Shown here: in pieces, positions 51,801-64,000 of the stretch | Layout: every line of letters begins with the position of its first letter | How positions within the stretch are numbered: the first letter of the stretch is position 1 | Assembly: GCA_002633005.1 (NCBI GenBank) | Contig: NMRA01000097.1 | Location: 769,734-833,733 of the forward strand | From: Phoronis australis | Lineage: Eukaryota > Animalia > Phoronida | DNA length: 64,000 nucleotides | Direction: 5' to 3' | Made by a program: the position numbers and the translations under genes | The notes under the pieces: model-generated | The model's input: the letters and a program-made list of their open reading frames with translations, nothing else | What the model was told of the DNA's origin: nothing | Database searches by the model: none

Positions 51801-54800
51801 CGCACATACTACAAACATGCAGCGCAGGTCACGAATTTTTGTCTGGACAGTCAAGAACACGTCCGTGAAAGGTCATCGACTAATAGGAAAATAGCCAACA
51901 CGTTGTTGGACTTTTACAGACCACAGAGCTGATTGCAGATTCAGCTTGACTGCAGACTCTGCAACATTCCTTTAAAAAACCTGTTTCCACATGCAGTGTT
52001 TTTTTTTAAATTTTCATCAATCTGACAGTAAATAACAAAATATCGTTATAAAAATATGCCTCAGCATGTGGTGGTGATTTGGTACTAGTCCCAAGTTCCC
52101 GGTCCAAGTGACCACCACACAATTGGGCCTGAGCTAACAACACCTAGTAGACCGTTGTTTCCCCGGTAGGAATTAGCTAGATAACTAGTCACACACTGAC
52201 CTAATTGCGACAAAAACTCATAACGCGAGCAGTAAAACATGTGCCCAGGTTCTCGATAGCGGAGACATGGTATTTTCGCAGGGGCTTTAAATATCAAACT
52301 CTAAAACTTGATAATTTTTCTGTTTTATCTAAATGTGATGGATCGTCGTCCCGTTTTGCATCGTATTTATTTAGTGACAGAGTATTCATCATGCATATTA
52401 ATCACAAAGACAAAACGTTTAGTGACCAATCAGGGGTGAAGAACTTCATTCAATTTCAAATGTGAAAGCCAATTTCTCCCATTTTGATGTGTCGAGTTTG
52501 GGGCCAAATATCAGCCTCGTTCACCTATGAAAAATATTTAAAAATCATGAGCAATTCTCCTCATAGACCCAAAATTCCCCTCCACTGAGTAAAAACTATC
52601 CCACCCCAGGTTAGAATCATGCAAAACGTTAGTTTTGGCTTTTTGGCTACATATGGCATTGCTGTGGAGGGGCGGCAGCACCTGCCCTTCTCTTGAACAA
52701 TGACCCTAACCACATAAACAAGAGATATAATGTTCCGTGCACCCATAAGTCTAGAAGACTGAAAGCAAACGATTGTGTGGAAAAAATAATGAGGTTCCGA
52801 AGATACCATTACAGTGACCGTACAATGGCGGATCAAACGAGAGGGTTCAATTGGCTGAAACTTCACTGGAAAGGCAGGGCCATAAAGCTGTCAGCACATT
52901 AATTAAAACAGCATTGCTGTTCCAGTTAACCCCTCGCTATGATCACATTAATTTACCATCAAGTTTCAAACTTGTTCATTTGTTTCACAACTGGTCCCAT
53001 ATTTACATAGAAGCAACTGATAGGAAAAAGAAGCTCTACATTTTTAAATTCTAGGTGCCCCCATCAGTTGTTTACAGCTGCTACTCTCAAGATCTCACCA
53101 CAAGGTGGCACTGGTGACTGCTGCTCTGATTACAGACATTGAAACATCAAGTAAATGACATCCACATCTTGGTAAAAATGCACAGTATCTTTCACCGCAC
53201 CATTTTAGGCGAGAGTTGACAGTCAGCCAGGAAAATGCTTTGAAACTCAGAAATGCGTGTGTGAGCATCAAATCGTGTGACCCAGTTGGGACATTTGTGG
53301 TAGGCAATTGGTCAGTTGGAACAAATAGTGAATTGTCCTATTGACAATTAAGTTAATGACATGATGTCCTGGAAGACATTGCTGCTCTTATAGCAGCAGC
53401 CACAAGTCATATTTCTCAGTGCTACTTATTAGAATATATCAATGCCAAATTCATGTCCAGCTGCTACTGTACGTAACACAGAGAAAGCGTACGGTAGATA
53501 AAGGATAGAACAGATGATCCCTCAGTGAAGTTTATTAGCCCAATCAGTGACACGGATTTTCTTCATCGATTTTGAGATTATATGACAAAACAGATTTCAT
53601 TTATATTGATCTGAAGTCTGTTGACACCTGAACACAGAGATGAAGCAAAGCAGTAACTCAATTACAAAGTTGCATCTATAAAGAAATGTTCAGAAAACTA
53701 AACAGAAAAAGAGTATAGTCAAACGAATGAAGATTTCTCATTCTGGTCAGAATTCATAGGGGTAATCGTCTGGTTTGTAACAAGAGCAACGCAGAGCGTT
53801 GATATGCGCCCACAATTGCACCGCATACGGTATCCTTCTAGGGTTGTTTATTGGTACCATAAAGTGGCCAGTAGAGGGCATATATGTAGTATGTTGTACT
53901 TTGCAAAATGGAAAGGCATGGTCCTTGTCTCCTCAATAGGCTAGGGGCAAAATGTGAGTAATCTTCATAATACAAGCACATCCTATACACCAGTTGCTTA
54001 AAGCACCACAGAAACATAGAATTAAAAACAAATTTACCAACATACGAGATTAGCACAGCATTAGAATGCCAGAAACAAATTTCTACTTGGAACTTTTCCT
54101 TCANNNNNNNNNNNNNNNNNNNNNNNNNNNNNNNNNNNNNNNNNNNNNNNNNNNNNNNNNNNNNNNNNNNNNNNNNNNNNNNNNNNNNNNNNNNNNNNNN
54201 NNNNNNNNNNNNNNNNNNNNNNNNNNNNNNNNNNNNNNNNNNNNNNNNNNNNNNNNNNNNNNNNNNNNNNNNNNNNNNNNNNNNNNNNNNNNNNNNNNNN
54301 NNNNNNNNNNNNNNNNNNNNNNNNNNNNNNNNNNNNNNNNNNNNNNNNNNNNNNNNNNNNNNNNNNNNNNNNNNNNNNNNNNNNNNNNNNNNNNNNNNNN
54401 NNNNNNNNNNNNNNNNNNNNNNNNNNNNNNNNNNNNNNNNNNNNNNNNNNNNNNNNNNNNNNNNNNNNNNNNNNNNNNNNNNNNNNNNNNNNNNNNNNNN
54501 NNNNACTTTTGAAGATACAAAGGTAAGCGTAAAAAACTAAAATTGCCACTAGGGGGCACACCGGTAGTCGGATCCGTCCGAAAGTTCGCACGTGCCGTCC
54601 CATTCATGAATGGAACATATGTGCCAAATTTCATGAACGTATGTCAAAGGGTTATGGAGATAGAGCAGCGGACGCCGGACGCCGGACGGACGCCGCCCGG
54701 ACGGACGGACGGACGGACGGACAGAGATGACGGCATAATGCGTCCACATATAAATATGTGGGCGCATAATAAAATTGATATCAATAAATGTCGCAAACGG

Positions 54801-57800
54801 CGTGATGGTAGGTGACCTGTAACATTGTTTCATTACAATTAAGTGCATGAGATTTAGACCTCTCTCCAAGCAAGAATGCATGAGCGTGACTTAGTGAACA
54901 CTTCGACTCAACGCACGACGGCATTGCAAATCGCAACTTACCACAAATACAATCTAGCCTGCCAGTGACAGTGATAGAACAACACAAAAATCTCAGTACT
55001 AGTTCTGTCCTTGCTGAATGCCTGGCCGTGAGCGTCATATGTTGTCCATTGTGGATTACAGTACAGTAATTACTCAGAGAAAACGACTCCAATAATTGTA
55101 AACACAAGAGCTATTACCCAACTCTGCTACTTTAATGCAAAAACATCATATTCTGAAGGTATTCAAAGACGAATATTGTATTTTTGCATTTGGAAACTGA
55201 ATGTTATTTTTACATGTTCGCCTTAAAGATCTACAAGTAAATTGTGAAAGCAGTTTGAATCAAAAAAAAGGAAATTTTGATCAACGCTCTTCCATACACA
55301 AGAAGTGTGTACAAAAAAATATTGTAACTTTTGACAACATTCTCTGTACATAAAATCTGTGGATCGAAAAGTTATGACCTGGCATTTGTGAAGATATTTG
55401 AGAAATTTAAATTATTAACAAAACAACGAACCTCATTCAATTCTACACGTCTTTCTCTAAGACTACAGTACATATTCAACTTTTTAAAACAATGTACGAC
55501 AAAATCAATGAGAAAAGGGAACAATTACACCAAACCAATCCCAAAATTTGCGCTGCCGCTGTCACGTTGTCAAGCTATTGCTTGTAACCAAGATGGCCGA
55601 CTTATGATGTAACAGCTTTTCATCCGTATTGTAAGAATTGATATTAACCGAGTCCTTTATCACGAAACATTAATTTACGAGCAAAACATTTTACTATCAC
55701 TGTAAACCAATTAACACCACTTAAATATCTTTGCATTGTGAGACTGAGTCGAGTACTTATTAAGTAAAATCAAGTCAAATGTGAATTTATTGATTTTTCC
55801 TCCAGGAAACATTCACTGAAACATGTTTTTAATCACTATAAAGTGGTTTCAAGTGAAAGGCGCCTTTGAACTGAACTAAAGATGGAAAACATGACATTGT
55901 GTGCAAAATTCAGAGACATTTGCATTCCCAAAGTGTGAAATTCACCAGGCCAGTAATAATGTCTCGGCATTGTTTGAGTCTGATTGAAAGCAACAATAGA
56001 TATTAATTAGATTTAGAAATTGGCAAAAACTTAACTTTTGATTGTGGACACTGGCCACCTCGCCTATAAATCTGGTCTTAACTAATTTTTGCTTATACAT
56101 TATTGAACATGGTTACAGTACACATTATTGGCCATTACTTAACACTCATGGTTACCACGACAACAATACCTGTCAAAAAGTTCCCCTCCAGTCACGAGCT
56201 CCAATACCAATTTGATCTGTGTATGTGACTCAAATATCTGCTTCAGCCGTATCTGAAAACAAAAACAATATCGACAGTTTGTAAAGAATGAGTATGATCA
56301 ATACGCATTCCCAGCCCTGTGTTGAAAGCAAAGTATGCTGAATTTTAGACCACGAGTTGTCAACTGCATAAATGTATACCTCAAATTTTTGGGGTATAAA
56401 ATCGTCCCATACTTTTTGTATTCATTTGAAGAGCAGTTTTTCATGAAGCCCCTATACCAGTATATTACAAATATGTCTCGTTTGGTTTCAACCTCATCAG
56501 CAGCTTCGCAACTATTTCCACTATTTACAATTACAATTACAATTTTGTCAATTATTTTTAGTCAAATAAGATAACTGTACTTCTTAAATCCCAATTTATG
56601 CAATGCTTGTTAGACTAAATACATGGTTTAGTGAATTACGGGATTACTGTAAGATAAAGAAGTTGCTGCAAACCGGGCTTTTGCAAAAAGACCATCTACC
56701 GCGATTTTTCGTAGATAAGCCGAATAAACACCCATGGGCATTTATTTGGCATTACAACTTCTGGTGTCACATGTCCAGATAGTGGGGCGTTTATTTGTAA
56801 AAAGTTTCGTCTTAAAAGCCCTCTCAGCGTCAACTTTTAGCCACAAATTCTGTTTTGTGGAGCATGCATCATTATAAAAATGAACAAAGTGTTGGCAAAC
56901 TATGTATTTATTAAATTAAAATTAAAATTAAAAAGTACAGTTTTATGCAATAAAAATCGAGACTTTCCGTTTACACACACTCCTCCTTTTCCTTATTTGG
57001 TATCACTGAAACGCCTGAAAATTTTCATTTTCCAAAAATACACACCCACGGGCTTATCTACAGAAAATTCCGGTAATAATTGAAACGACTTACATTAAAG
57101 AATATTGTGATAAAACCATTTTCAATAGTTCAGTTGGTGCAAATAGATGCTGTTGAGGTTTTAAGCGCATGACCACTATGCATTGATTAGAGTTGGGATT
57201 TTTGTGAGAGAAATGGTGGTTACTACCTGGGTGTAGTTCTGGGGGTATACTCCCGAATGTGATGTGCTGCTTCGAGGTGATTTTTCAAGACAAGTCTCAA
57301 AACAAAACGATGTATTTTCTGACAAAATTCCCTCCATAAATGTGCCTTTCATTTTGGGAGCTTGAAACTCTACAAAAGGTTCCCCTTTTCAACTTTACAA
57401 ATCTACGGTCCCGGTGTTTCAGTAATATTCTCTACATTATTTTTTAAAACTTTTGTGCCAACAGATATACCCATTTTGACAACATGCTATGTCTTCTGTG
57501 TACAAATTCAGGCTAAATGGATTATTTAAAAAGTTTAGCAAATGGCCACAAATCCCTGAAAAGTATTAAGCAACCCTAACAAAAGGATAATGCTTTAAGA
57601 GCATAATTCTATAAAAGAGTGCTTTTTATATATACACCATATAAGTATCTCAAACCTACTTTCTAAAAGAGTGGTTATCCAAAGTTTGCTGCTGTACTCA
57701 GAGAAAAATGAGGAAAATTAATACCAGTTAACCCATTCTGGATTTAGTTTGTTACACACTAGTACTTTACAGTTGTCCAATTTAACGCTGCGTAATTTCT

Positions 57801-60800
57801 GGTTAAAATCACGCTTCTGTCGCCACTAAATGTTCAAACTCTCCTGCAAAGTCTTGAAAAGTCTCAGATTCAGATTTGTTATCACATCATACTTTTTATC
57901 TTTGACAAACAAAAAAAGAGTGATTCCTATGCAAATATCGTGTCAAGGCAGGATCTGAGTGTGTATTCAGTCTTCTAAGTGAAGAGATTATAGAGGCATG
58001 ATTAATTATTAATAGAATAGATTATGTCAGTGGTCTAGATGGTAATGGTGTCTGAATCAGATAAAGGCTGTCTCGGCTTTCCCCGTTTTCTTGGTTTGAA
58101 TGCATTTGTGATCCACTACGGAAATGCAATTGTCTTCGCTGCGATCAATGCTTTCATAGTTTGACGCAAGTTGCAGAGACTGGCTGCCCTCCGATTGGTG
58201 CTTTATCGACACTGCTTTCAATAACTTCAGTGATATTTTACATGGATCCAGTTTTTATTGACATCAAACAAATAATGTGCGTTAAGTGACATTCCTTAAG
58301 TGGAATTTAGCGGAAGAAATCCTGCTATTTTTCCATGCTAAAATTTTAACCACTGGGAGATAATTTACCCATATGTACGCTATTGTACAAGTATAATAAA
58401 AGATGATCCCTTCCACCTTGCCTCCATTTGGCATTACGACCGTAGAAATTCTGCCCGTTTCAAGGCAACTTATACTTCGTCAAGAGTTGTGCAAGATCCA
58501 CAAGTGTCATCAAATCTCCTCAGCACCAGTGCTGATCTAAGTTCCTTTGAGAACAGCAGAGCAATTCCTACATTAGCAATTACCTTCCACTAATAAAACA
58601 CAGACTGGAATCAATTGCAATATCGCCTGGCTGAAACTATGTAACTTCTTTTAAGTGTTTGGCTTCTGATATTGCACTTCTCATGAAAAGTTAGGATAGC
58701 ATAATTTAGGGTAATAAAAATTAGACAAAAGGATGCAATTGAATTTTGTTCGTTCACAAGTACTTAGATCAAGAGGGGCATATTCTTCACCTTAACGTTT
58801 TCCTCGTAGTGCACACGAGTCGCGTTAAGGAACAAAAACTGAAAGCTGAAACAAGGAACTAGATAGAGTATATCCAGATATGGAAACCGCTGTCGTCTGG
58901 AGCTGAAACCCCATGGGAAATATTTGTAAGGAAATACCACCAAAGCATATAAGCGACGGAGAACTTGTTGCCGCTGTCCAAGTCAACCCTATAGCTACGA
59001 CTAACCAACTTGTCGTCAATTTTGATTTATAGTACAGAACAGTACTGCACAATCCAGTCTCGGTAATCAATTTCAATAAATTCTTCAGCGGCCAATGAAT
59101 ATTAAATTTAACAGTCACAGATTTGCCCCTTGAGCCTCCTATCTTTCCACTAACTTAGTTACTATGTGTCATGAAACATCACGAAGGCCAATTTACGTGT
59201 CAGGAAACAGTGATCGATTCATAAAAGTACAGCAGTAACAAAAGAGTGGATAAAACTACAGAGTAACTAATTAAGTTCTCTGGCAACACTGTATACTTAT
59301 TCCTCACCTCAACTGGGTACACATTTACAAAATGGAGGTGGGATTCGTACTTGCCACAATTCTCAACAAGAAGAATGGATTCACATTTTAAGAACAAATG
59401 CTACTTTGGTATTAGCAGGATTTGAACTGCACTGCGAAGGTACAAGCAACTTTCAGTTAAAATTTGATTATTTGTTGAACGGGGTAGTCAGCCATTGAAA
59501 ACTAGAGCAAATGATGAGTGTTGGAATGCGCCCACGACTGCACTGCAAATGTTGTGTTTCTAGGGACATTTTACTAGATCATAAAAATGGCCACTAGATG
59601 GCACAGAATACGTCAAACCTGTCCAAAATTGGAAAGGTATCGCCGTCTCTCTCTAATACAAAATTATTCGCCAAATTTCTTGAAAATACGCCAAGGAACT
59701 CCAAAGATACAGACTGAAGCAAAATGTAAAAAAATGCCAATAGGAGGCACAGTGGCAGTCGAACCGGTCCACTTGCCAAATTGTGATCTTGCAAGGACTT
59801 TATTAGACGCAGTCGAAATGGATGCAAAAAATGTCACTAGCAGTCACCGCAGTAGTTTGACCTGCCTGAAAATCTAAGTCAGGTAATAGCCTGATATAAC
59901 ATGACCACATTAAGAACCAGTTTTCTTCAATGAATAATGGGCAACAGATTCTGAACTGGTTCTCAAAATATGGGCATGTTAAACCAGACCATTGAGTCTT
60001 GTCAGTAGCATTATATCTAATTTTCATAAAAATTGACACTAGATGGCGCAAAAATGTCCAATGCGTCTGAAAACGGGAACATGCCACCACTTCTTTAATA
60101 GAATTACCAAATTTCATAAAAATCTGTCAAGGAACTTCAAAGAAACAAAGGAAAACAGAAAAAATGAAATTGCCACTATGGGGCACCCCACAGCGTTCGT
60201 TGGATCTACCTGAAAGACGTCGTAGTCTGTTGTTAGCTTCATACAAATACAATTACTACATTTAATAAAGATCTTGCGGTGGGTTTAGGAGATGTAACTA
60301 TGGGCGCATAACAATACAAAACTACCACTAGGAGGCACCACAGTAGTCAAAGCTGTCATCGTCAACCGTTGTGGGGAAAACTATGAAGGAAATCTCAGTT
60401 GGAAGATTTTTCGTAAATTGTAACAAATCAGGATAAATTTTCCTCAAGACTTCACAAGATTCGTTGGGAAGACAATGGTCAAATTTCTTCAAACCTGTAG
60501 CCTGTGACTTTTTAACGATTTCTGCGTCAACTGAATTATTTGTTACTCTCTCTATACAATGTACCTAACGAATGCTTGAAATACAAATCAGGTTCCTGCT
60601 CAGAAAAACACAAAGGAAACAGGTTAGTCAAGAAATTATACTGAAAAAGATTAAAGGACATAGTAGGTTTAGCCAATAAAATCAATGCAGACGAAAGCGT
60701 GCAACAAAATTTCACTTGTCTAGCATTGGGGATATGTTCATGATAGTCTCAACAACTAATATCGTTCAGTCGTAAGATGTGTCCAAATGACTGCCCTCGA

Positions 60801-62502
60801 CAAAAGCATTACATGAACTCTGCCAGACAGATTCAACTGTGATTTCCCCCAATGAATAACAGACTTCCGCTCGCTCCTAAAAATATCATTTCTCTCGCTT
60901 AATTTATCTGGAAAAATTAGAGCGAATAAACCCTCATTAGTCCACTGTATTCTTTACCAGCAGTGGTAATTCTCATCATAAGCATGGCAATCATGTTCAA
61001 ACTGTAGAGGAAGCACAATGTGACCCAGCCTCCTTCTTGAACAGAAGCCAACAATGAGACTTTGGTACACACCTACTTATATCACCAACAGCCAGACTTC
61101 ATTTCCAAAACCTATCTATGGTAAGAATTCTCCAGTGCGCGACAGTGAAAAAATTATTATTTTGCTCAAGGTTCAAGCTAGTACCAAACTGAAAAGAGGC
61201 AGCAGTCAGCTGTCTGGAATTTAAGAATTTTGTTCAACAACAAATGATCATTCACATCCATCTCACACAGTACGGGGATGAATGAAAATGAACACCCAAT
61301 CCTCAGATTCAAGAAAGTCGAATATCTGGAAAAATTTCAGTGTTCCAAAATTTAAGAGCCTGTCCCAAACTAGGGAACTTTTAAAGTAACAGAATTAAAT
61401 TAACATTTGAGGCAGGCCACACTGCCCGAAGAATGATAAACAGTTACCCACCGAGATAGCGTTTGACAAGATGTTATATGTACCCACAATCCAATTTTCA
61501 GACAGATAGGTCAAAGGACACAGGAGATACGGCACAAAAAAACAATTAATTATTCAGCAGTCATCAGAAGATTAAGAATAATTCGAGAATAGTTGATCCA
61601 TCCACACACTAGATATCAAGAAAACAAAAAGCTGTGAGAGCAGAGTTATGGTTCCACAAACAACAACAACAACAACGGGTACTTACAACGTTGTTGTGCC
61701 TCAGTTTCAATAGGACAGAAGCTTCAGCGGCCACGGATCGCCTCCCCTCCTGCAGGAAATGGAAAACAGTTTAACAGACCATTTTCAAGTAGCGCCCTCT
61801 GTGTTGGGTCATCTATGGGTGCCAAAAGGTAGTAACAAATAGGTTTGTCACGTACTAGAGAAAGACAGACTATATGAGCAAACTAGTGAAATATTGGGGA
61901 AGCTGCATGAAAATGGCATGCGTTGCTCATATTTGCAGATGACGGGATCTGGTTAACTGAAAACTGGGTTGTATGTTACAATACGCGACAAAAGTGATAT
62001 TGCTGGGAGATCAAAAGGAGAGAGCTGACACGTACCTAATAATGTCAGCATTTACCCTTAAAATGCTACTTGCAAATTAATCATTATTTCCGAGTCTGGT
62101 GAAACGCAATTCGACTGAGCAATGTTGTCCTACAGTCAACCAATACCTGCAGATTCCAATAGGGGTAGAAAGAGTGTAGTTAGTCTACTGAAGTAATTCA
62201 GGAAATTCCACTAGATTCTAATTTTAATGCCTTAGCCAATTAATTACAAAGGTATTGTCTCTGTATGTTTTGGCTTTCACATTATAAGTGGTGGCAGTGA
62301 CATATGACAGTAGTTTTTTCACTATTTGATATGCGCTTGCGTTTTCCCAGGTGTTGCGTTAGTTTGGATTTTGAATTTGTGATGAGGGCTCCCGAGATCA
62401 CAAGAACCCAAACACAAACTCACCTGTTTGTTGATAACTTTCACCGCCCAAGCTTGGCTTGTGCTTATCTGAAAACACTGGTAGACAGTGGACGAGGCGC
62501 CA
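42793..62502 (-). CDS. CAMK4: Calcium/calmodulin-dependent protein kinase type IV, 10 coding exons in window; first coding exon not located (probably beyond 64000)
   Basis: Exons 62502-62424, 61749-61687, 56252-56170, 51720-51648, 51283-51193, 48960-48886, 48409-48322, 46917-46800, 43888-43730 and 42897-42793 all have GT-AG boundaries and compatible phases (934 nt). The spliced protein has [69 protein letters not shown] and the CaMKIV-type autoinhibitory/CaM-binding segment [35 protein letters not shown]. Confidence 0.93.
43730..43888 (-). CDS. CAMK4: CAMK4 exon (kinase end and autoinhibitory segment)
   Basis: ttacag|GAT TTG...CTG AGG|gtatgc; encodes [53 protein letters not shown]. Confidence 0.93.
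45697..45834 (-). mobile_element. MITE family A copy (inverted) in a CAMK4 intron
   Basis: caggggctgatccaggattttgag...taaatctgccattg is the reverse complement of the 38840 copy. Confidence 0.75.
46800..46917 (-). CDS. CAMK4: CAMK4 exon
   Basis: cttcag|G TTA TGT...GCT AAG|gtaaag; encodes [39 protein letters not shown]. Confidence 0.93.
47090..47248. mobile_element. Tc1/mariner(pogo)-type MITE with TA TSD
   Basis: Perfect 24-bp TIR CCGTAATCGTTCGGGTTAACGCCC flanked by TA; internal gggcggttaa repeats. Confidence 0.88.
48322..48409 (-). CDS. CAMK4: CAMK4 exon (APE and helix F)
   Basis: ttcctag|CA CCT GAG...ATT CT|gtaagt; encodes [30 protein letters not shown]. Confidence 0.93.
48886..48960 (-). 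CDS. CAMK4: CAMK4 exon (DFG and activation loop)
   Basis: ttccag|CG GAC TTT GGT...TGT G|gtaag; encodes [25 protein letters not shown]. Confidence 0.94.
49628..50590 (+). mobile_element. HINE/DINE-like copy (diverged)
   Basis: acaagagcaacacggagcgttgaaatgcacccacgactgcaccgc start shared with the 53779 and 59500 copies; repeated cores. Confidence 0.6.
51193..51283 (-). CDS. CAMK4: CAMK4 exon (catalytic loop)
   Basis: ttttcag|TAT...GTT G|gtgagc; encodes [30 protein letters not shown]. Confidence 0.94.
51648..51720 (-). CDS. CAMK4: CAMK4 exon
   Basis: ttgtag|A ATC...AAG|gtgagt; encodes [24 protein letters not shown]. Confidence 0.92.
53779..54772 (+). mobile_element. Helentron-associated interspersed element (HINE/DINE-like), partly in a gap
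   Basis: Starts aacaagag with subterminal atgcgcccaca. Contains an aattgccactagggg..ccaaatttcatg core and a (GGAC)n microsatellite at ~54670-54723, and ends in the hairpin atgcgtccacata-taaa-tatgtgggcgcat. Confidence 0.7.
54104..54504. other. Assembly gap
   Basis: Run of N. Confidence 1.
56170..56252 (-). CDS. CAMK4: CAMK4 exon (hinge)
   Basis: ttttcag|ATA...GAC AG|gtattg; encodes [28 protein letters not shown]. Confidence 0.92.
56699..57073. mobile_element. Tc1/mariner(pogo)-type MITE with TA TSD
   Basis: ta|ccgcgatttttcgtagataagcc ... ggcttatctacagaaaattccgg|ta. Confidence 0.7.
58883..59050 (+). mobile_element. Degenerate mariner transposase N-terminal HTH fragment inside a CAMK4 intron
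   Basis: ...W...[42 protein letters not shown] resembles mariner 'GRP..IDDDEL.A.VE.NP..TTRELA..L.VS..TVL.H'; contains stops. Confidence 0.35.
59500..60312 (+). mobile_element. HINE/DINE-like copy with ~150-bp internal repeats
   Basis: aactagagcaa..atgcgcccacgactgcac start, repeated aaattgccactagatggc cores, ends tatgggcgcataa. Confidence 0.65.
61687..61749 (-). CDS. CAMK4: CAMK4 exon (helix C)
   Basis: cctgcag|GAG...GTT|gtaagt; encodes [21 protein letters not shown]; 63 nt, the same position as in vertebrate CAMK4. Confidence 0.88.
62424..62502 (-). CDS. CAMK4: CAMK4 exon (Gly-rich loop end and VAIK-equivalent lysine)
   Basis: ttttcag|T GGC GCC...AAA CAG|gtgagt; encodes [26 protein letters not shown]. 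Confidence 0.9.
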
Positions 62503-64000
62503 CTGAAAATAAGCAAAACAGGCCATGATAACGAATACGACAACATAAGTTATACAAAGTTTTCTAGCTATTGATTACCAAGGTTTCCAATGTTTGCCAT
62601 AAATACTCGAAAAAAGAACTTTGCTGATAAACCACCACAAAAATTTCAGACAATTTTGCAAACACATTATGCAGACTCAAACTGAAGTTTCCCGCTTCCC
62701 CTCCAACATATCAACGAGGAACTCCGGTTTGTCACAACCAACTTTACTGCAACTCCACTTCCTACTGACTGGTGACATCAGAGTTAGTTCACTGATTTAA
62801 ACACCAGGTGGCATATTTGAATCGTACTCTCGAAGTAATGTATTTGAGATAATTAAACATCTACATTTACAGTGAATAAGCCTCACTTATCAGTGTTGTT
62901 CTCTCAGATTTCTCTTATCATATTCTTTTACCAGCAACTATTGATGGTCGGTAATGAAAGATGCAGGAATAATGATGAATGTATCGTTGAGTCTTGCATG
63001 ACAGACTTGCGACAAGCCGAATTGAAGTTAAGAATAGGAGTTAAAGTTTCCCAACGAAGCCGAGTTGCGCAACTCCACACTTTAATCTACCTATTTTGAA
63101 AGGAGTTGCAATGGCTTAAGTCCAGTTACGCTTTCCCATAGAGCCGACCTTTGTAAAACACGAGTATTGCACTGTAGGTGGGAAAACGACATTAATAGTA
63201 CAAAACAATACCCAGCACCTTCCAGTAATTCTACTATCAGGATTTATAAAAGTCGATCAGAATCTATTTAAACACTGGCTTAATAATTTGAACGCTTCGA
63301 TAAATTGTTATAAACTCCAAGATGAAGTTCTTCGTCATTTATTTCTGCAAAACAGCCTGTTTAGACTGAAATGCCGCCAGAATCTCTTGAAGCTTAAAGG
63401 AAGTCTGCTCAATTCCAATGGCCACTTAAATATCACAACAAAGGGATGATACTGAGAACTGATGTAATCATTCCTGAGAACTTGTCTAATCTTGTGTACA
63501 CATAAGACTAGCAAGTGGGTACTTGTGCCTTGATAAATACCTGCAGATGCAGCCAGGTAAATACAAATGTAAAGATTATAGAATGACTGGGATTGTCACA
63601 CAAAGGCTGAAGGCATTATACCAGTCAGGTCAACTCCACTCCATAGACAGCTGAATAAATCTACAGGTGAATTATAACAGTGATCAAACCTCACTAGTAC
63701 AGTAGAGTTTTACCAATTTAGGAGACAGTATGGCAAACAAGTGAAATTTTGTTTTCCTTTTTTTCATACAAGTATGCCCCCCTATCAGCATGGCCAAAAA
63801 AATTACCAGCATCCCGTTTTTGAGCCATGCACAGAGTGATGAATAGAACCCCTGCATTCAACTGATCAACCAGGAAGTCTTGCCAGCTCTATGATGATTT
63901 ACACTACAATACATAACCTAGAGTTACTTTGCCTTCAATACACAATCTAGAGTTACTTTGCCTTGTGTGGCTTCAGCTTACCCTTTGCTTAATATCAAAA

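Noticed and set aside
54061-54634. ORFs of 148-180 aa
   Set aside because: Artefacts of the N-gap inside a HINE-like repeat.
63975-64000. Minus-strand donor (gtaagc) as the end of CAMK4 exon 1
   Set aside because: The upstream frame reads LILSKG rather than the expected ..ELG(R/S), so it is not supportable.

Overview
This is eukaryotic, repeat-rich animal DNA that looks like a draft invertebrate assembly, with N-gaps and single-'n' joins. It carries three protein-coding genes. (1) A class A orphan GPCR with a single-exon CDS lies on + (28859-30031). (2) A spliced minus-strand gene (35434 to at least 32370) encodes a secreted DUF4434-like, glycoside-hydrolase-like protein; its 3' end is uncertain. 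(3) A CaMKIV (CAMK4) orthologue lies on -, with 10 coding exons reconstructed by hand (62502-42793); I could not locate its first exon. Most of the rest is transposon material. This includes a 5'-truncated RLE-type non-LTR retrotransposon apparently inserted in the T-run behind a tRNA-Arg-like 3' half, and relics of RTE, Gypsy, hAT and mariner elements. It also includes Helentron-associated (HINE/DINE-like) elements, a 2.3-kb TIR element with an internal higher-order satellite, and a foldback element. Many MITEs are present, and at least four unrelated families share CA..TG ends and 5-bp target duplications. Two tandem duplications joined by a single 'n' look like uncollapsed haplotypes; one of them shows a MITE presence/absence polymorphism. 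All family assignments come from reading motifs by eye, not from database searches.
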